DNA of 64,000 nucleotides from an uncultured Chloroflexia bacterium (GCA_963700285.1 CAVOXA010000014.1:320001-384000); one strand, 5' to 3'; shown: positions 51,311-61,704, counted from the stretch's first letter. Made by a program: numbers and translations. The notes: generated by a model not told the origin, from the letters alone.

Positions 51311-51700
51311 ATGGAAATCGAACATGTTGCTATCTGGACCAGGGACCTCAAAGGGCTCAAAACGTTCTACGAAGCCTACTTCCAGGCCAAGGCAGGCGTA
51401 AAGTACTCCAACCCGGCCACCGGGTTGGAGTCCTACTTCCTTACCTTCCCCGCCGGCGCGCGAATTGAACTCATGTGTCTGCCGTCGCTGGTCCACCAAG
51501 CAGATGCACAGGAAGCTCCCTGGACCGGGTATGCGCACCTGGCCTTTTCCGTCGGCTCCAGAGAGGCGGTCGATACCTTGACTGCCCGGCTACGGGCAGA
51601 CGGCCATCGCGTCCTGGATAACCCGCGGTACACCGGCGATGGGTACTATGAGGCCAGCGCACTGGATCCGGACGGCAACCGACTCGAACTCACAACTTGA
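51311..51700 (+). CDS. VOC/glyoxalase family protein
   Basis: IEHVAIWT, GYAHLAFSVG, PRYTGDGYYE, DPDGNRLE. GGAGG RBS. Confidence 0.9.
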   Translation: MEIEHVAIWTRDLKGLKTFYEAYFQAKAGVKYSNPATGLESYFLTFPAGARIELMCLPSLVHQADAQEAPWTGYAHLAFSVGSREAVDTLTARLRADGHRVLDNPRYTGDGYYEASALDPDGNRLELTT

Positions 51701-51941
51701 GTACCCCTCCGGTGGGCCGTGTGAGGCGCAGATTGGACGGGTCCTGTCTGTCGGCTCTGGCCCCCGAAACTCAAGGCGGATGGGTTCGTAGCGGTGGAAG
51801 ATTGCCCTGGAACCGATAGCACATCAAAGGATGGTCCAAGACGTCACACTCGCACCCTTTGCCCCCTTTCGGTGTTGAATGTACTGCGACCTGGATACTC
51901 AGGCAGCGAGTACCGAGCGTCAATCACCATGGGAGGGTACC

Positions 51942-53186
51942 ATGCGCAAGCGAGTCGTGATTACCGGCCTGGGGGCCGTCACCCCGCTGGGCAATGATGT
52001 AGCGACCTACTGGGCTGGACTGATCGAGGGACAGTCTGGGGTTGGTCCGGTCACTGCTTATGATGCCTCTGACCAAAAGAGCCAGATCGCCGCGGAGGTG
52101 AAGGACTTGGACCCTGACGGGCGCCTCGGCCGCAAGCAGGCGCGTCGCACTGACCGCTTCACCCACATGGCCCTGATCGCCTCGGATGAGGCCATGGCCG
52201 ATGCAGGCTTGGACCTCGACGGCGTCGGCAACGGCCATCACGTTGGCGTGATGCTCGGCTCCGCCATTGGCGGCCTGGGAACGCTGCTGGGCAGCCACGA
52301 GGTACTGCTCAGCCGGGGCCCAGGGCGGGTCAGCCCCCTGATGGTGCCAATGATGATGTCCAACGCGGCAGCCGGCGAGATTGCCATCCGCTATGGCCTC
52401 CACGGCCAGTCGCTCTCTGTTGCCTCGGCCTGCGCTACGGGAGCCAACGCCCTGGGCGAGGGAGCAGAGCTGATCCGCCGCGGCGTCGCGCAGGTGATGA
52501 TCTGCGGCGGTAGCGAAGCGACGATGCACCCCCTGGCTCAGGCGGCTTTCGCCAATATGCAGGCTCTTTCAACGCGCAACGACGAGCCTCAGCGTGCCAG
52601 CCGCCCCTTTGACGCGGGTCGGGATGGTTTTGTCATGGGGGAGGGTGCCGGTGTTCTGATCCTGGAGAGCCTGGAACACGCGCAGCAACGCGGTGCGCGC
52701 ATCTACGCCGAGCTGACCGGCTATGGCACCAGTTCGGATGCCTTTCACATCACGGCTCCCGACGAAGATGGACAGGGAGCCACCCTCTCGATGCGGCGTG
52801 CCCTCGACGGCGCCGGTCTCGCCCCAGAGGAAGTGGACTATATCAATGCCCACGGCACCAGCACGCCCCTCAATGATGCCATAGAGACGAAGGCCATCCG
52901 CACGGTTTTTGGCCAGCATGCCTACCGGGTACCGGTGAGTTCGACGAAATCGATGATCGGACACCTGCTAGGCGCGGCCGGAGCGGTGGAAGCCATCGCC
53001 TGCGTCAGGACGCTGGAGACGGGTGTGATCCACCCCACGGTGAACTATGAGACGCCCGACCCGGACTGCGACTTGGACTATGTGCCGAATCTGGCACGGG
53101 AAACGCACCCTCGCATGGCAATGTCCAACTCCTTCGGATTCGGCGGCCACAACGCCACGATCATCTTCTCGGCCTGGGAAGTGTAG
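51942..53186 (+). CDS. fabF: Beta-ketoacyl-ACP synthase II
   Basis: RVVITGLG, ASACATG (catalytic Cys), SRPFDAGRDGF, AHGTST, KSMIGHLLG, NSFGFGGHN. Confidence 0.95.
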   Translation: MRKRVVITGLGAVTPLGNDVATYWAGLIEGQSGVGPVTAYDASDQKSQIAAEVKDLDPDGRLGRKQARRTDRFTHMALIASDEAMADAGLDLDGVGNGHHVGVMLGSAIGGLGTLLGSHEVLLSRGPGRVSPLMVPMMMSNAAAGEIAIRYGLHGQSLSVASACATGANALGEGAELIRRGVAQVMICGGSEATMHPLAQAAFANMQALSTRNDEPQRASRPFDAGRDGFVMGEGAGVLILESLEHAQQRGARIYAELTGYGTSSDAFHITAPDEDGQGATLSMRRALDGAGLAPEEVDYINAHGTSTPLNDAIETKAIRTVFGQHAYRVPVSSTKSMIGHLLGAAGAVEAIACVRTLETGVIHPTVNYETPDPDCDLDYVPNLARETHPRMAMSNSFGFGGHNATIIFSAWEV

Positions 53187-53295
53187 GACCTTTCCAGGGA
53201 CGCCACGCCGGAAACGGCTTGAGTTGGACGGAGCGGCTAGCCGGATTGCGCGCCCCCGTCGAACCGCTGGCAGTTTCACCTCCCACTGCTCACCG

Positions 53296-54402
53296 TCAGG
53301 GCAGATGCTCCAGAACAAAGTGCCTCTGGTGCAGGGCGGCGCGGTGGAAATGCACCCACAGCGAATCCCAGAACCCGGGTTTTGCCGCGCGCGCGGGCAT
53401 CTGCGCCCAGTCCTGCAGGCTATAGCCATCCCACTCGACCGGCCCCTCGAGGGCGGATTGCCGCCAGGCCAGCTCGTCGTAGGCATATGCCTCCGGGTGC
53501 GGTTCAAACAGGTAGCCGAAGGCCTGCTGCCAGCGCTGGCAGCGCTGGTTTACGTCTCTTGCCTGGAAGGCCCGATATGCGGGCAGCGTGAGATGGTCGC
53601 CCCAGCGGGGCTGCCGGCCCTCCTCGGCCAGAAGCCCTTCGATCTGGGAAGAAATCTCGCTCCAGGGGATCGGGTCCTCGCCGCCAGCCTTGTCCATGGC
53701 CAGCAGGCGGTCGTAGATAGTCTCGCCCGCCTCCAGAAACAGCTCGACGTTGTCACGCTCGATGGGGCGCGGCGGCTGACCGAGATCGCACTTCCAACGT
53801 TGAAAAGCCAGGTCCGGAAAGTAGCCCGCCTCGCCGTGGCCGATGAAGGGCAGCGCGTCAAAGAGTACGTTTTCCACTTTCAGGTGATCCCACGCTCCCG
53901 CCTCCCGGTCATACAAGTGGATTGCCTCCACGTTGTTCTCTTCCCGGCACTCCCATCCGGAAAAGTCTTGGTGAGACCAGGTGTCGGCATAGGTGTGCAG
54001 CGCCACACCGATCCGGCACAGGCGCCGCTCGCGGTGTTCCAGGGGCTCGGTGGCGGCCTCCGCCAGCAGCAGACGGGAAAAATCGGAATCCGATCCCGTG
54101 ACAAAGGTAAAGCCCTCCCCATAGTCCGGGTCAAAGGGCGACAGGGGCAAAAAGTGGAAGGGGATCCAGACCCGTTTCTGCGCGTCCCAGGTCAGGGAAT
54201 GGACCGTCTCCAGGCCGAAATAGGAGGTACGTACCGGATCAAAGTGGGGACCTGCCACATCGTCCCTGAGCTTGAACACCCCCGTCTCTGTCGCATCGTC
54301 CACGTACTGCGACGCGTAGGCCAGGACCAGGGCATCGGCAGCGGCAAAGCCCGCGGCCCGGGCCAGTATGCCGATGCAGTAATAGTGAAAATCTCTTTGC
54401 AT
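53296..54402 (-). CDS. DUF6765-like protein, probable Zn-dependent phospholipase C/P1-nuclease-like fold
   Basis: DFHYY, ASQYVDD, WIPFHFLP, GVALHTYADTWSHQDF, IGHGEA. GAGGAGG RBS. Confidence 0.7.
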   Translation of the reverse strand: MQRDFHYYCIGILARAAGFAAADALVLAYASQYVDDATETGVFKLRDDVAGPHFDPVRTSYFGLETVHSLTWDAQKRVWIPFHFLPLSPFDPDYGEGFTFVTGSDSDFSRLLLAEAATEPLEHRERRLCRIGVALHTYADTWSHQDFSGWECREENNVEAIHLYDREAGAWDHLKVENVLFDALPFIGHGEAGYFPDLAFQRWKCDLGQPPRPIERDNVELFLEAGETIYDRLLAMDKAGGEDPIPWSEISSQIEGLLAEEGRQPRWGDHLTLPAYRAFQARDVNQRCQRWQQAFGYLFEPHPEAYAYDELAWRQSALEGPVEWDGYSLQDWAQMPARAAKPGFWDSLWVHFHRAALHQRHFVLEHLP

Positions 54403-54658
54403 GGCCCCCTCCTCATTCAGTCTCGGTGCTGCGCTGCCGAGGGTCAGATCCATCTGCTCTCACCAACCATTTTATCGGTACACCGCAATGGATCCTTACA
54501 GGCTCGGGCGAATCCGTGATTCCCCGGCCTGCGACCAGAAGATGGTGGTCACGGACCAGCGCGGAGCTAGGTCTTGCGGTCTACTGATCATACTTCCGTG
54601 GAAAACGCAACGCAGATAAGTGCAATGCAGCCAGACGGAAAGGCTCTTGAGCCTGGCG

Positions 54659-57600
54659 TCAGTCCTTCCCTGCTACGGACACCGGGCACGCTTCTACGTG
54701 CAGGAACTTGCGGCACTCCTCGTCCGTCAGCGAGCGGGTGACTCGCGATTCGGCCAGGGCCACCAGGTCTTTGAGGTTCAAGGCATACACGCTCACCTTC
54801 TGCCCCCCGCCAGTCGAACCCGTGGCCAGCCGCGCCCCATCGGGGCTGAAGGCTACCCAGGCCAGGGAGTCCTGACCGGAAAGCGTCAGCCGCTCCTGGC
54901 CAGTGTCCATGTCCCAGACCTTGGCCGTCCCGTCGAAACTGGCCGTCGCCAGACGGGTACCATCTGGGCTGAAGGTCAGACCAGGGGAAAATGCCGCATG
55001 GCCCGACAGAGTAAACAGCACCTGGCTTTCTGCGTCTGAGGGGTGATCTGTATCGGCGATATCCCAGACCAGCGCCGTACCATCGGCGCCGATCGCTGCC
55101 AGGCGCCTGCCGTCCGGGCTGAAGGCAATGTTCGCCAGACTGCGCCCAGCATCCAGCGCCTCCAATTCCTGGCCCGTAGCCGCGTCCCAGATCCTTGCCG
55201 TCCAGTCGTCCGAGGCCGTTGCGATATGGGTCCCATCGGGGCTATATGCCGCGCCCTGAACCCAGCTCCCGTGGCCATGCAGGGTGAACAACTCCTGGCC
55301 TGTGCGCGTATCCCACACCTTGGCCGTTCCATCCGCGCTGGAGGTGACCAGGCGGGCCCCGTCCGGGCTGAAAGATGCTTGAAATACAAAACCCGTGTGA
55401 CTGGGTAGAGTGAACAATTCATGACCGGTCGAAGCGTCCCACAGTTTCGCGGTCGTGTCCCAACTAGCCGTGGCCATCTGCTTGCCGTCGGGGCTAAACT
55501 CGGTCCATCCCGCAGCGATTTCGGGGTGGCCGTCCAGGGTCAGTAAAACCTGGCCGGTCGTGCTGTCCCGGATGGCGACTGTGCCGTCGGACTGGGACGT
55601 GGCCAGGCGCAAGCCGTCGGGGCTGTATGCGGGTGCGGTACCATCGACCAGCGTAAGCAGCTCTCTTCCCGGAGCCAGGTCCCAGATCCGGACTGTCACG
55701 TCCTCACCCGCGGTGACCAGGCGCTTGCCGTCCGGCGTAAAGGCCACATCATCCACCAGTCCGGAATGGCCCGCCAGGGTAAGCAGTCTGCGCCCGGTAG
55801 CGGCATCCCAGACCCTGGCCGAGCCATCCTGGCTGGCGGCCACGATCCGCGCGCCCTCCGGGCCAAAGGCCGCAGCCCGCGCCGGCTGTCCGTGGTCGAT
55901 GCTAACCAACGGCTCCGTCGCCCTAGATCCTGGCTCAACGTCCCACACTTTCACCCAGCCATCATAGCCAGCCGTCAACAGGCGCTGTCCGTCAGGGCTC
56001 AGGGCGATATAGATCTCGCCCGTATGGTCGGAAATAACCCGCAGCAGTTCACCCGTCCCAGCATCCCACAACCTGGCCGTGCCATCGGTGCCGGCCGTCA
56101 CCAGTCGTTCACCATCTGGCGTAAAGAGGACACCGATGACGCCGCCAGGATGTACGCTGCCGGCCCGTATCTCGTCGGCATGGCCCGTCAGAACGAGCAG
56201 TTGTTGGCCGGTGGCGCTATCCCACACCCTGGCCGCCGGATCAGCCCCGGCGGTGGCCAGACGCTTCCCGTCCGGGCTGAAGGCGAGGCCGCTCAGAGGA
56301 GCGCCATGATCGATGACGAGCAACTGCTGGCCGGTGGCGGCATCCCAGACTTTCGCGGTCTGATCGTCACTGGCTGTCGCGATACGGGCACCATCGGGGC
56401 TGAAGGCCAGGCCAAAGATAGAGATACCTCTGTGCTCCGTGGCAAAACTCAACAGTTCCAGGCCTGTCGCCGCGTCCCATACCTTCACGGTCCCATCGTC
56501 GCTGGCCGAGGCCAGACGGGTCCCATCGGAGCTAACGGCGACGCTTTCGGGCATTTTCACGTGGCCGGTTAGCGTCATCAACAGGTGCAGTTCCGGGATC
56601 GACTCGTGCAGGGCATTCTCCGCCTCCAGCGTGTAGGCTTCCGACAGTCCCTGCAGGGCCAGCAACACGCTGCGCTCCGGGTCGGCGTCCAGATTGTTGA
56701 TGGCCGCCGCCGCCAATTCGCGTGAGGTGGCGACACGGGCTTGCTCCTGTGCCTGCTGCTGCTGCCAAATCGCAACCACTGCCGCCGCTGCTGCCAGCAA
56801 AACCACCACCGCCAACACTCCCGCCAACCGGCGGAATCGCCCGGTGGCCATGGTCTGCTCTTCGGCCCGCCTCCTCTCCGTTTCAGCTACCTTTTGCGCT
56901 GCTTCAAGCTCTCGCTGCCGCTGGGCTTCCCGCTCCTCTTGTTCGCGCCGGGCTATCTCCTGTGAAACCTGCAGAAACTCGCTCTCCAGAGGGTTCAGGT
57001 CCCCGGCGTGCCCCTCAGCCCACTCGCCGGCCGCCACCAGCCGAGTACCCCGGTACAGCTCGCCCGGCTCGCGGTCCAGCGCTTCCCAGTCCAGCGCCGC
57101 GCTGGTCAGATGGCGGTGGATGCGCAGGCCCTCCCGGTCCTCATCCAGCCAGCCGCGCAACGCCGGCCACTCCCGGATCAGCGCTTCGTGGGCTACCTCG
57201 ACGGTGTCTTCGCCTACCGTGATGAGCCGGGCATCGGCCAGGGTCATGAGCACCGACTCTACGACCGGCTCCTCCTCGGCCGTCCGCACCAGCTCTTCTG
57301 GCGCTACGCGGCGCCGCGTGTCCTGAGTCCCCTCCTCTCCCAGCTCTGTCAGCCGCAGAAAGATATTGTGAGCGATAGCTTGTTCGTCAGGAGAAAAGTA
57401 CCCAAAGACCCTGTCAGCCGTCTGGGCAATGGCTCCCGCCACCCCACCCGAGGCCGCGTACCCCGACAGGGTAAGCATCCGCCCCCGCCGCTGCCCCCAC
57501 GTCTCCAGCAGGGCGTGGGACAACAGTGGCAGAGCCCCCGGCTCGCCGGCCACATCGTCCACGATGGTGTCGGCCAGGCCCGGCTCCAGGCACAAGCCCA

Positions 57601-59443
57601 CGCGCTCCGCCGGCCACTCGACGGCCTGGCGCAGCCCCACCTCATCCAGCGGCCCAACCAGCACGCTATCCGCCAACCGCGCCGCCAGCTCGGGATAGTC
57701 GGCGCAACGCCCGTAAAAGTCGGCCCGGATGGTCGGCACCACCACGGTCCGGCCCTGCTCCGCCTCTACAGCGTGCAGCAGCGCCTTGATGAATGCGCGG
57801 CGTTCCGTCGCACTCCGGCACAGGGCAAAGATCTCCTCGAATTGGTCGACCACCAGGAGCAAGCGTACGCCCCGCGGCTCATCCGCCAGCGCCTGCTTCA
57901 CCGCCAGGTGCATGGCCTGGGGCCGTGCCTGCAACGCCTCATGCAGGGCGCTGGCTTCGACACCCCGCAGCAGCGAGACCCGGACCGCCAATTCCTCCAG
58001 CGGATGGGCGCCAGGGGTCAGGACCAGCGTCCGCCACGCCTCGCTGCCCGGCAGCGCATTCCCCCAGATAGCTGGCAGCAACCCGGCTCGCACTACCGAC
58101 GACTTGCCGCTGCCCGACGGCCCCACCACCGCCAGGAAGCGGGTCCCCGCCAGCCGGGCCGTCAGCTCGGCCACCAGCACCTCCCGACCGTAAAAGTACT
58201 CCGCATCTTCGGCTTCGAAAGCCGCCAGTCCCTTGTATGGGCAGGGCACCTCGGCCGGAGGCAGCAACAACTCCTCTTCAACGACCATTCCGGTCAGCGG
58301 CACAGAGACCGATACCTGTTGGCGCTGGAGGATGAGGTTGGTCTTGACCAACTGCTGCCGCTGCAGATCGAGCTGTTCCCTCTGCATGGCCAACTGCAGC
58401 CCCTGCCGGGCCCGTACCTCCGCCAGCGCCTCCTGCAGATCGCCCAGCATCCAGCGGAACTCACCCAACTGGCTGCCCAGGTCGCCCAATCCCCGAGCCA
58501 GAACTGCCTTCACGTCCTCGGAAGCGGCCATCATGGCCGCTTCCACACCGTGCACCGCTTGGAGCAAGCGGCTGGCACCCGCTTGCAAGGCCAAGGCCAC
58601 AGGCCCATCGCCTTCCCACTCCTGTTGCAGTTCGGCCTCCAGTAGCTGCCGGAGCTTCTCAGGTTCGGCCTCCTGCCGACGCAGCACAAAACCAGCCAGA
58701 AATTCGGCGAGGGCCGCCGCCCCTAGATCGTGAAGCACCCCCACATTCCCTGCCAGCGCCGGAGATTCTGGCGACAAGTCACCAAGGACCGCGGGGAGCA
58801 GAGTGGTGCTCACCAACCCCACCACCAACCTCTCCGGTTCCAGGGCCGCTAGCCGATGACCCTGCCGGCCTACCATCTCGCTGATGGCGCGCCCTGACAG
58901 CGAACGAGGCGGAGGAAACTCGACCTGCGGCAACTCGGGATGGAGCAACTGGTAGATCTGCTGCGGGGCGCTCACATCCTTTAGCAGATGCTCACCTAGA
59001 TCCAACAAGCTTGCCTTCTGGGGGAGGGGTGCAATCTTGGTGACAGCAGGGGTTAGGAGGATCTGTCCGCCCCAGGCCGCGGCCATGATCCGCGCCGTAC
59101 AGTTCACTGGTGGACCATAGTAATCCCCGCCAGTACTGCCCGGTGCAGGGTGCAACTCTGCCTCGCCGGCGTGGAGCCCCACCCGGATACGCAGCCCGCC
59201 GATGGCGCCCCATGCTTCCTCAGCGAACCGCTTCTGCGTTTTCAGGGCACAGGCCACCGGCTCGCCCGCTTCAAAGGCCGCCGTCACGCCGTCGCCGGTG
59301 TGCTTGGTGATCCGGCCGCCGCTGGCCCGGATCTGCTCCTGGAGGATGGCATCGTGCCGGGCAAGGACTGCTCCCATCTCCGCAGTGTGGCTCTCCCAAA
59401 GCCGGGTCGAGCCTTCGATATCGGTGAAAAAGAAGATGGGCAT
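54659..59443 (-). CDS. Class III nucleotidyl cyclase - helical linker - nSTAND1 NTPase - TM - WD40 repeat protein
   Basis: FTDIEGST, KHTGDG, GDYYGPPVNCTAR; CPYKGL, GPSGSGKSS, VDQFEE, HEALIREW; one TM helix; more than a dozen FSPDG...(K/R)(V/L/I)WD repeats. Confidence 0.92.
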   Translation of the reverse strand: MPIFFFTDIEGSTRLWESHTAEMGAVLARHDAILQEQIRASGGRITKHTGDGVTAAFEAGEPVACALKTQKRFAEEAWGAIGGLRIRVGLHAGEAELHPAPGSTGGDYYGPPVNCTARIMAAAWGGQILLTPAVTKIAPLPQKASLLDLGEHLLKDVSAPQQIYQLLHPELPQVEFPPPRSLSGRAISEMVGRQGHRLAALEPERLVVGLVSTTLLPAVLGDLSPESPALAGNVGVLHDLGAAALAEFLAGFVLRRQEAEPEKLRQLLEAELQQEWEGDGPVALALQAGASRLLQAVHGVEAAMMAASEDVKAVLARGLGDLGSQLGEFRWMLGDLQEALAEVRARQGLQLAMQREQLDLQRQQLVKTNLILQRQQVSVSVPLTGMVVEEELLLPPAEVPCPYKGLAAFEAEDAEYFYGREVLVAELTARLAGTRFLAVVGPSGSGKSSVVRAGLLPAIWGNALPGSEAWRTLVLTPGAHPLEELAVRVSLLRGVEASALHEALQARPQAMHLAVKQALADEPRGVRLLLVVDQFEEIFALCRSATERRAFIKALLHAVEAEQGRTVVVPTIRADFYGRCADYPELAARLADSVLVGPLDEVGLRQAVEWPAERVGLCLEPGLADTIVDDVAGEPGALPLLSHALLETWGQRRGRMLTLSGYAASGGVAGAIAQTADRVFGYFSPDEQAIAHNIFLRLTELGEEGTQDTRRRVAPEELVRTAEEEPVVESVLMTLADARLITVGEDTVEVAHEALIREWPALRGWLDEDREGLRIHRHLTSAALDWEALDREPGELYRGTRLVAAGEWAEGHAGDLNPLESEFLQVSQEIARREQEEREAQRQRELEAAQKVAETERRRAEEQTMATGRFRRLAGVLAVVVLLAAAAAVVAIWQQQQAQEQARVATSRELAAAAINNLDADPERSVLLALQGLSEAYTLEAENALHESIPELHLLMTLTGHVKMPESVAVSSDGTRLASASDDGTVKVWDAATGLELLSFATEHRGISIFGLAFSPDGARIATASDDQTAKVWDAATGQQLLVIDHGAPLSGLAFSPDGKRLATAGADPAARVWDSATGQQLLVLTGHADEIRAGSVHPGGVIGVLFTPDGERLVTAGTDGTARLWDAGTGELLRVISDHTGEIYIALSPDGQRLLTAGYDGWVKVWDVEPGSRATEPLVSIDHGQPARAAAFGPEGARIVAASQDGSARVWDAATGRRLLTLAGHSGLVDDVAFTPDGKRLVTAGEDVTVRIWDLAPGRELLTLVDGTAPAYSPDGLRLATSQSDGTVAIRDSTTGQVLLTLDGHPEIAAGWTEFSPDGKQMATASWDTTAKLWDASTGHELFTLPSHTGFVFQASFSPDGARLVTSSADGTAKVWDTRTGQELFTLHGHGSWVQGAAYSPDGTHIATASDDWTARIWDAATGQELEALDAGRSLANIAFSPDGRRLAAIGADGTALVWDIADTDHPSDAESQVLFTLSGHAAFSPGLTFSPDGTRLATASFDGTAKVWDMDTGQERLTLSGQDSLAWVAFSPDGARLATGSTGGGQKVSVYALNLKDLVALAESRVTRSLTDEECRKFLHVEACPVSVAGKD

Positions 59444-59541
59444 GTCCCACACCCCTTTCCTGTCTGCGGCGCCGAGAACCATGCGGGACTGCGAGAGTGC
59501 TATCGAGCCGTGGCCCGCCGATCACTGTTCACGTGGGACCA

Positions 59542-59570
59542 ATTGTAGCACATATTCCGCCTTACGTCAA
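59542..59570 (-). promoter_or_regulatory. Sigma70-type promoter of the cyclase-STAND gene
   Basis: Minus strand TTGACG-N17-TACAAT with an extended TG. Confidence 0.6.
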
Positions 59571-59819
59571 CGCATCCATACAGATGACGAGCAACGGATG
59601 AGAGTGGACCAGGACATCCAAGATTTCCCTACGCCGTGAGTTCCTTCATATCGCGATACGCTACCCGCAAAGGGGATGCCGATTCGTGCGCGCAGGTGCT
59701 GGGCTGTGGTCCAGCACGAGCGTTTTCGCACAGTCTCGAGCAAATGGTAAAGTTTATGGAAACAGGAAGGCATTCCGCCAATTTAGGTGCAATTGCCCTC
59801 GCGCAGCCACCGGCCGATC

Positions 59820-59847
59820 TTGACACGGAACCGACTCGTGGTACAAT
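59820..59847 (+). promoter_or_regulatory. Sigma70-type promoter of the kor operon
   Basis: TTGACA-N16-TACAAT with an extended TG. Confidence 0.6.
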
Positions 59848-59903
59848 TAGCCGCAAATCCTGGGTAGCAATGGGTACCCGCCGGCAACCGGGAGGTTGTA
59901 GAT

Positions 59904-60260
59904 ATGACTAGTGAAGAAACGGCGGAGGGATCCGTCGTTCAGGTTTCTGGGACAGGCCAAGCTGGTGCAACCAGCCAGCGTCCCTCACGCCCCCGAGGCC
60001 ACGTCACCATCTTTGAAACCTGGTGCAAGGGCTGCGGCATCTGCATCGAGTTTTGCCCCAAAGGCGTATTTGAGGCCAATGGCCAGGGCCGACCCGTGGT
60101 GGTGCACGGAGAAGCGTGTACGGCCTGCCACTGGTGCGACACCCATTGCCCGGACATGGCCATCAGGGTGCGGCGGCTCACGCCAGAAGAAGTGGAAGAG
60201 CTGGAGGAGCTGGCCGAGCTGGCCGGGCTGGGCGCGCTGCCGGCCGGAGGTGAGCTGTGA
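59904..60260 (+). CDS. korD: 2-oxoacid:ferredoxin oxidoreductase delta subunit (2x[4Fe-4S])
   Basis: CKGCGICIEFCP and CTACHWCDTHCPDMAI. GGGAGG RBS. Confidence 0.85.
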   Translation: MTSEETAEGSVVQVSGTGQAGATSQRPSRPRGHVTIFETWCKGCGICIEFCPKGVFEANGQGRPVVVHGEACTACHWCDTHCPDMAIRVRRLTPEEVEELEELAELAGLGALPAGGEL

Positions 60261-61417
60261 CCGCGCAGTTGATGCAGGGCAACCGCGCTTCGGCGCTGGG
60301 CGCGCTGGCGGTCGGATGTCGCTTTTTCGCCGGATACCCCATCACCCCCTCTTCCGAGATCGCAGAGTTCATGTCCCGCCAACTACCCAGACTGGGCGGC
60401 AAGTTCATCCTGATGGAGGACGAGATCTCGAGCCTCGCGGCGGTGATTGGCGCCTCGGTGGGCGGGCTAAAGGCGATGACGGCCACCAGCGGGCCGGGCT
60501 TTTCGCTGATGCAGGAGAATATTGGCTACGCGGCCGTGACCGAGATCCCATGCGTCATTGTCAACGTGATGCGAGCCGGTCCCAGCACGGGACTGCCCAC
60601 CAGCCCTTCGCAGGGCGACGTGATGCAGGCGCGGTGGGGCACCCACGGCGACCATCCCATCATCGCGCTGGCGCCGGCATCGGTGCTGGAAGCGTTTGAT
60701 CTGACGGTGACGGCCTTTAATTTTGCGGAAAAGTACCGCAGCCCAGTCATTGTGCTGATGGACGAGGTAGTGGGCCACATGCGCGAGAAGGTAGATCTGC
60801 CCGATCCCGAGCAGGTGGTGAACGCATCCCGGGAGAACCAGGCCAAAGCCCTGGTACCCATCGTCAACCGCGAGATGCCCGCCGTGCCGCCGGAATGGTA
60901 CGAGCCCTTTGGCAGCACCCCCTCGGACGTGCCGCCCCTGGCACCCTTTGGCGAGGGGTACCGCTTCCACGTCACCGGGCTACTGCACGATGCGCGGGGC
61001 TTTCCCACCGGGCGCCTGGACGAGATCCAACCCTGGATCGACCGCGTGTTTCGCAAGATCGACCGCAACCTGGACGAAATCGCCATGTGGGAAGCGGATG
61101 GCATCGAGGATGCCCGGGCCGTGGTCGTGACCTACGGCTCGACGGCGCGCTCGGCACGACAGGCGATCAAGATGGCCCGCGCCCGGTACGGGCGCAAGGT
61201 GGGATTGCTGCGGCTGAAGACACTGTGGCCCTTCCCGGAGAAGGCGGTGGAGCGGGCTGGCGAGCAGGCGCACCGGGTCATCGTGGCCGAGATGAACCTG
61301 GGGCAGATTGCTCTGGAGGTGGAGCGGATCGTTGGCCGGAAAAAGGTCCTGCGAGTGGGCCGGGCGGACGGTCAGATGGTCACGCCGCAGCAGATCTTGG
61401 ACGCGATGCGGTTGTGA
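60257..61417 (+). CDS. korA: 2-oxoacid:ferredoxin oxidoreductase alpha subunit
   Basis: FAGYPITPSSE, MEDEI, TATSGPGFSLMQE, MRAGPSTGLPT, EMNLGQ. Confidence 0.92.
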   Translation: MTAQLMQGNRASALGALAVGCRFFAGYPITPSSEIAEFMSRQLPRLGGKFILMEDEISSLAAVIGASVGGLKAMTATSGPGFSLMQENIGYAAVTEIPCVIVNVMRAGPSTGLPTSPSQGDVMQARWGTHGDHPIIALAPASVLEAFDLTVTAFNFAEKYRSPVIVLMDEVVGHMREKVDLPDPEQVVNASRENQAKALVPIVNREMPAVPPEWYEPFGSTPSDVPPLAPFGEGYRFHVTGLLHDARGFPTGRLDEIQPWIDRVFRKIDRNLDEIAMWEADGIEDARAVVVTYGSTARSARQAIKMARARYGRKVGLLRLKTLWPFPEKAVERAGEQAHRVIVAEMNLGQIALEVERIVGRKKVLRVGRADGQMVTPQQILDAMRL

Positions 61418-61602
61418 GACTCAGGTCTGGGACAGACTGCCAGATCCGTATTCGGTCTAACGCAATGATGGTTGGTAGTGGGTTCCCTTTGACAGGTCCT
61501 TCAAGGACTCGGGACATGCTTCAGCGCCCTGACAGGACAAGAATGCCGGGAAGAAAGACACTGATAGACTCTGACGGATTCATCGGGTAGCATTACACAA
61601 AC

Positions 61603-61704
61603 GTCATTCTGAGCGCAGCGAAGAATCTCTTCTGCGCTTTTCGGGTGATTCCATTTGACAAGGTGGAGATTCTTCGCCTCCGCTGCGCTCCAGCTCAGAA
61701 TGAC
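61603..61704. repeat. REP/MITE-like element inside the korA-korB spacer
   Basis: GTCATTCTGAGCGCAGCGAAGAATCTC ... GAGATTCTTCGC...GCTCAGAATGAC terminal inverted repeats. Confidence 0.7.

Noticed and set aside
53047-54519. 490-aa plus-strand ORF (and similar ORFs at 57008-58645, 41733-42908, 61714-62796)
   Set aside because: Antisense shadows of well-supported genes.
54800-56560. CRISPR-like periodic repeats (CGGGCTGAAGG, GTCCCAGA)
   Set aside because: These are codons of WD40 repeats within a CDS.
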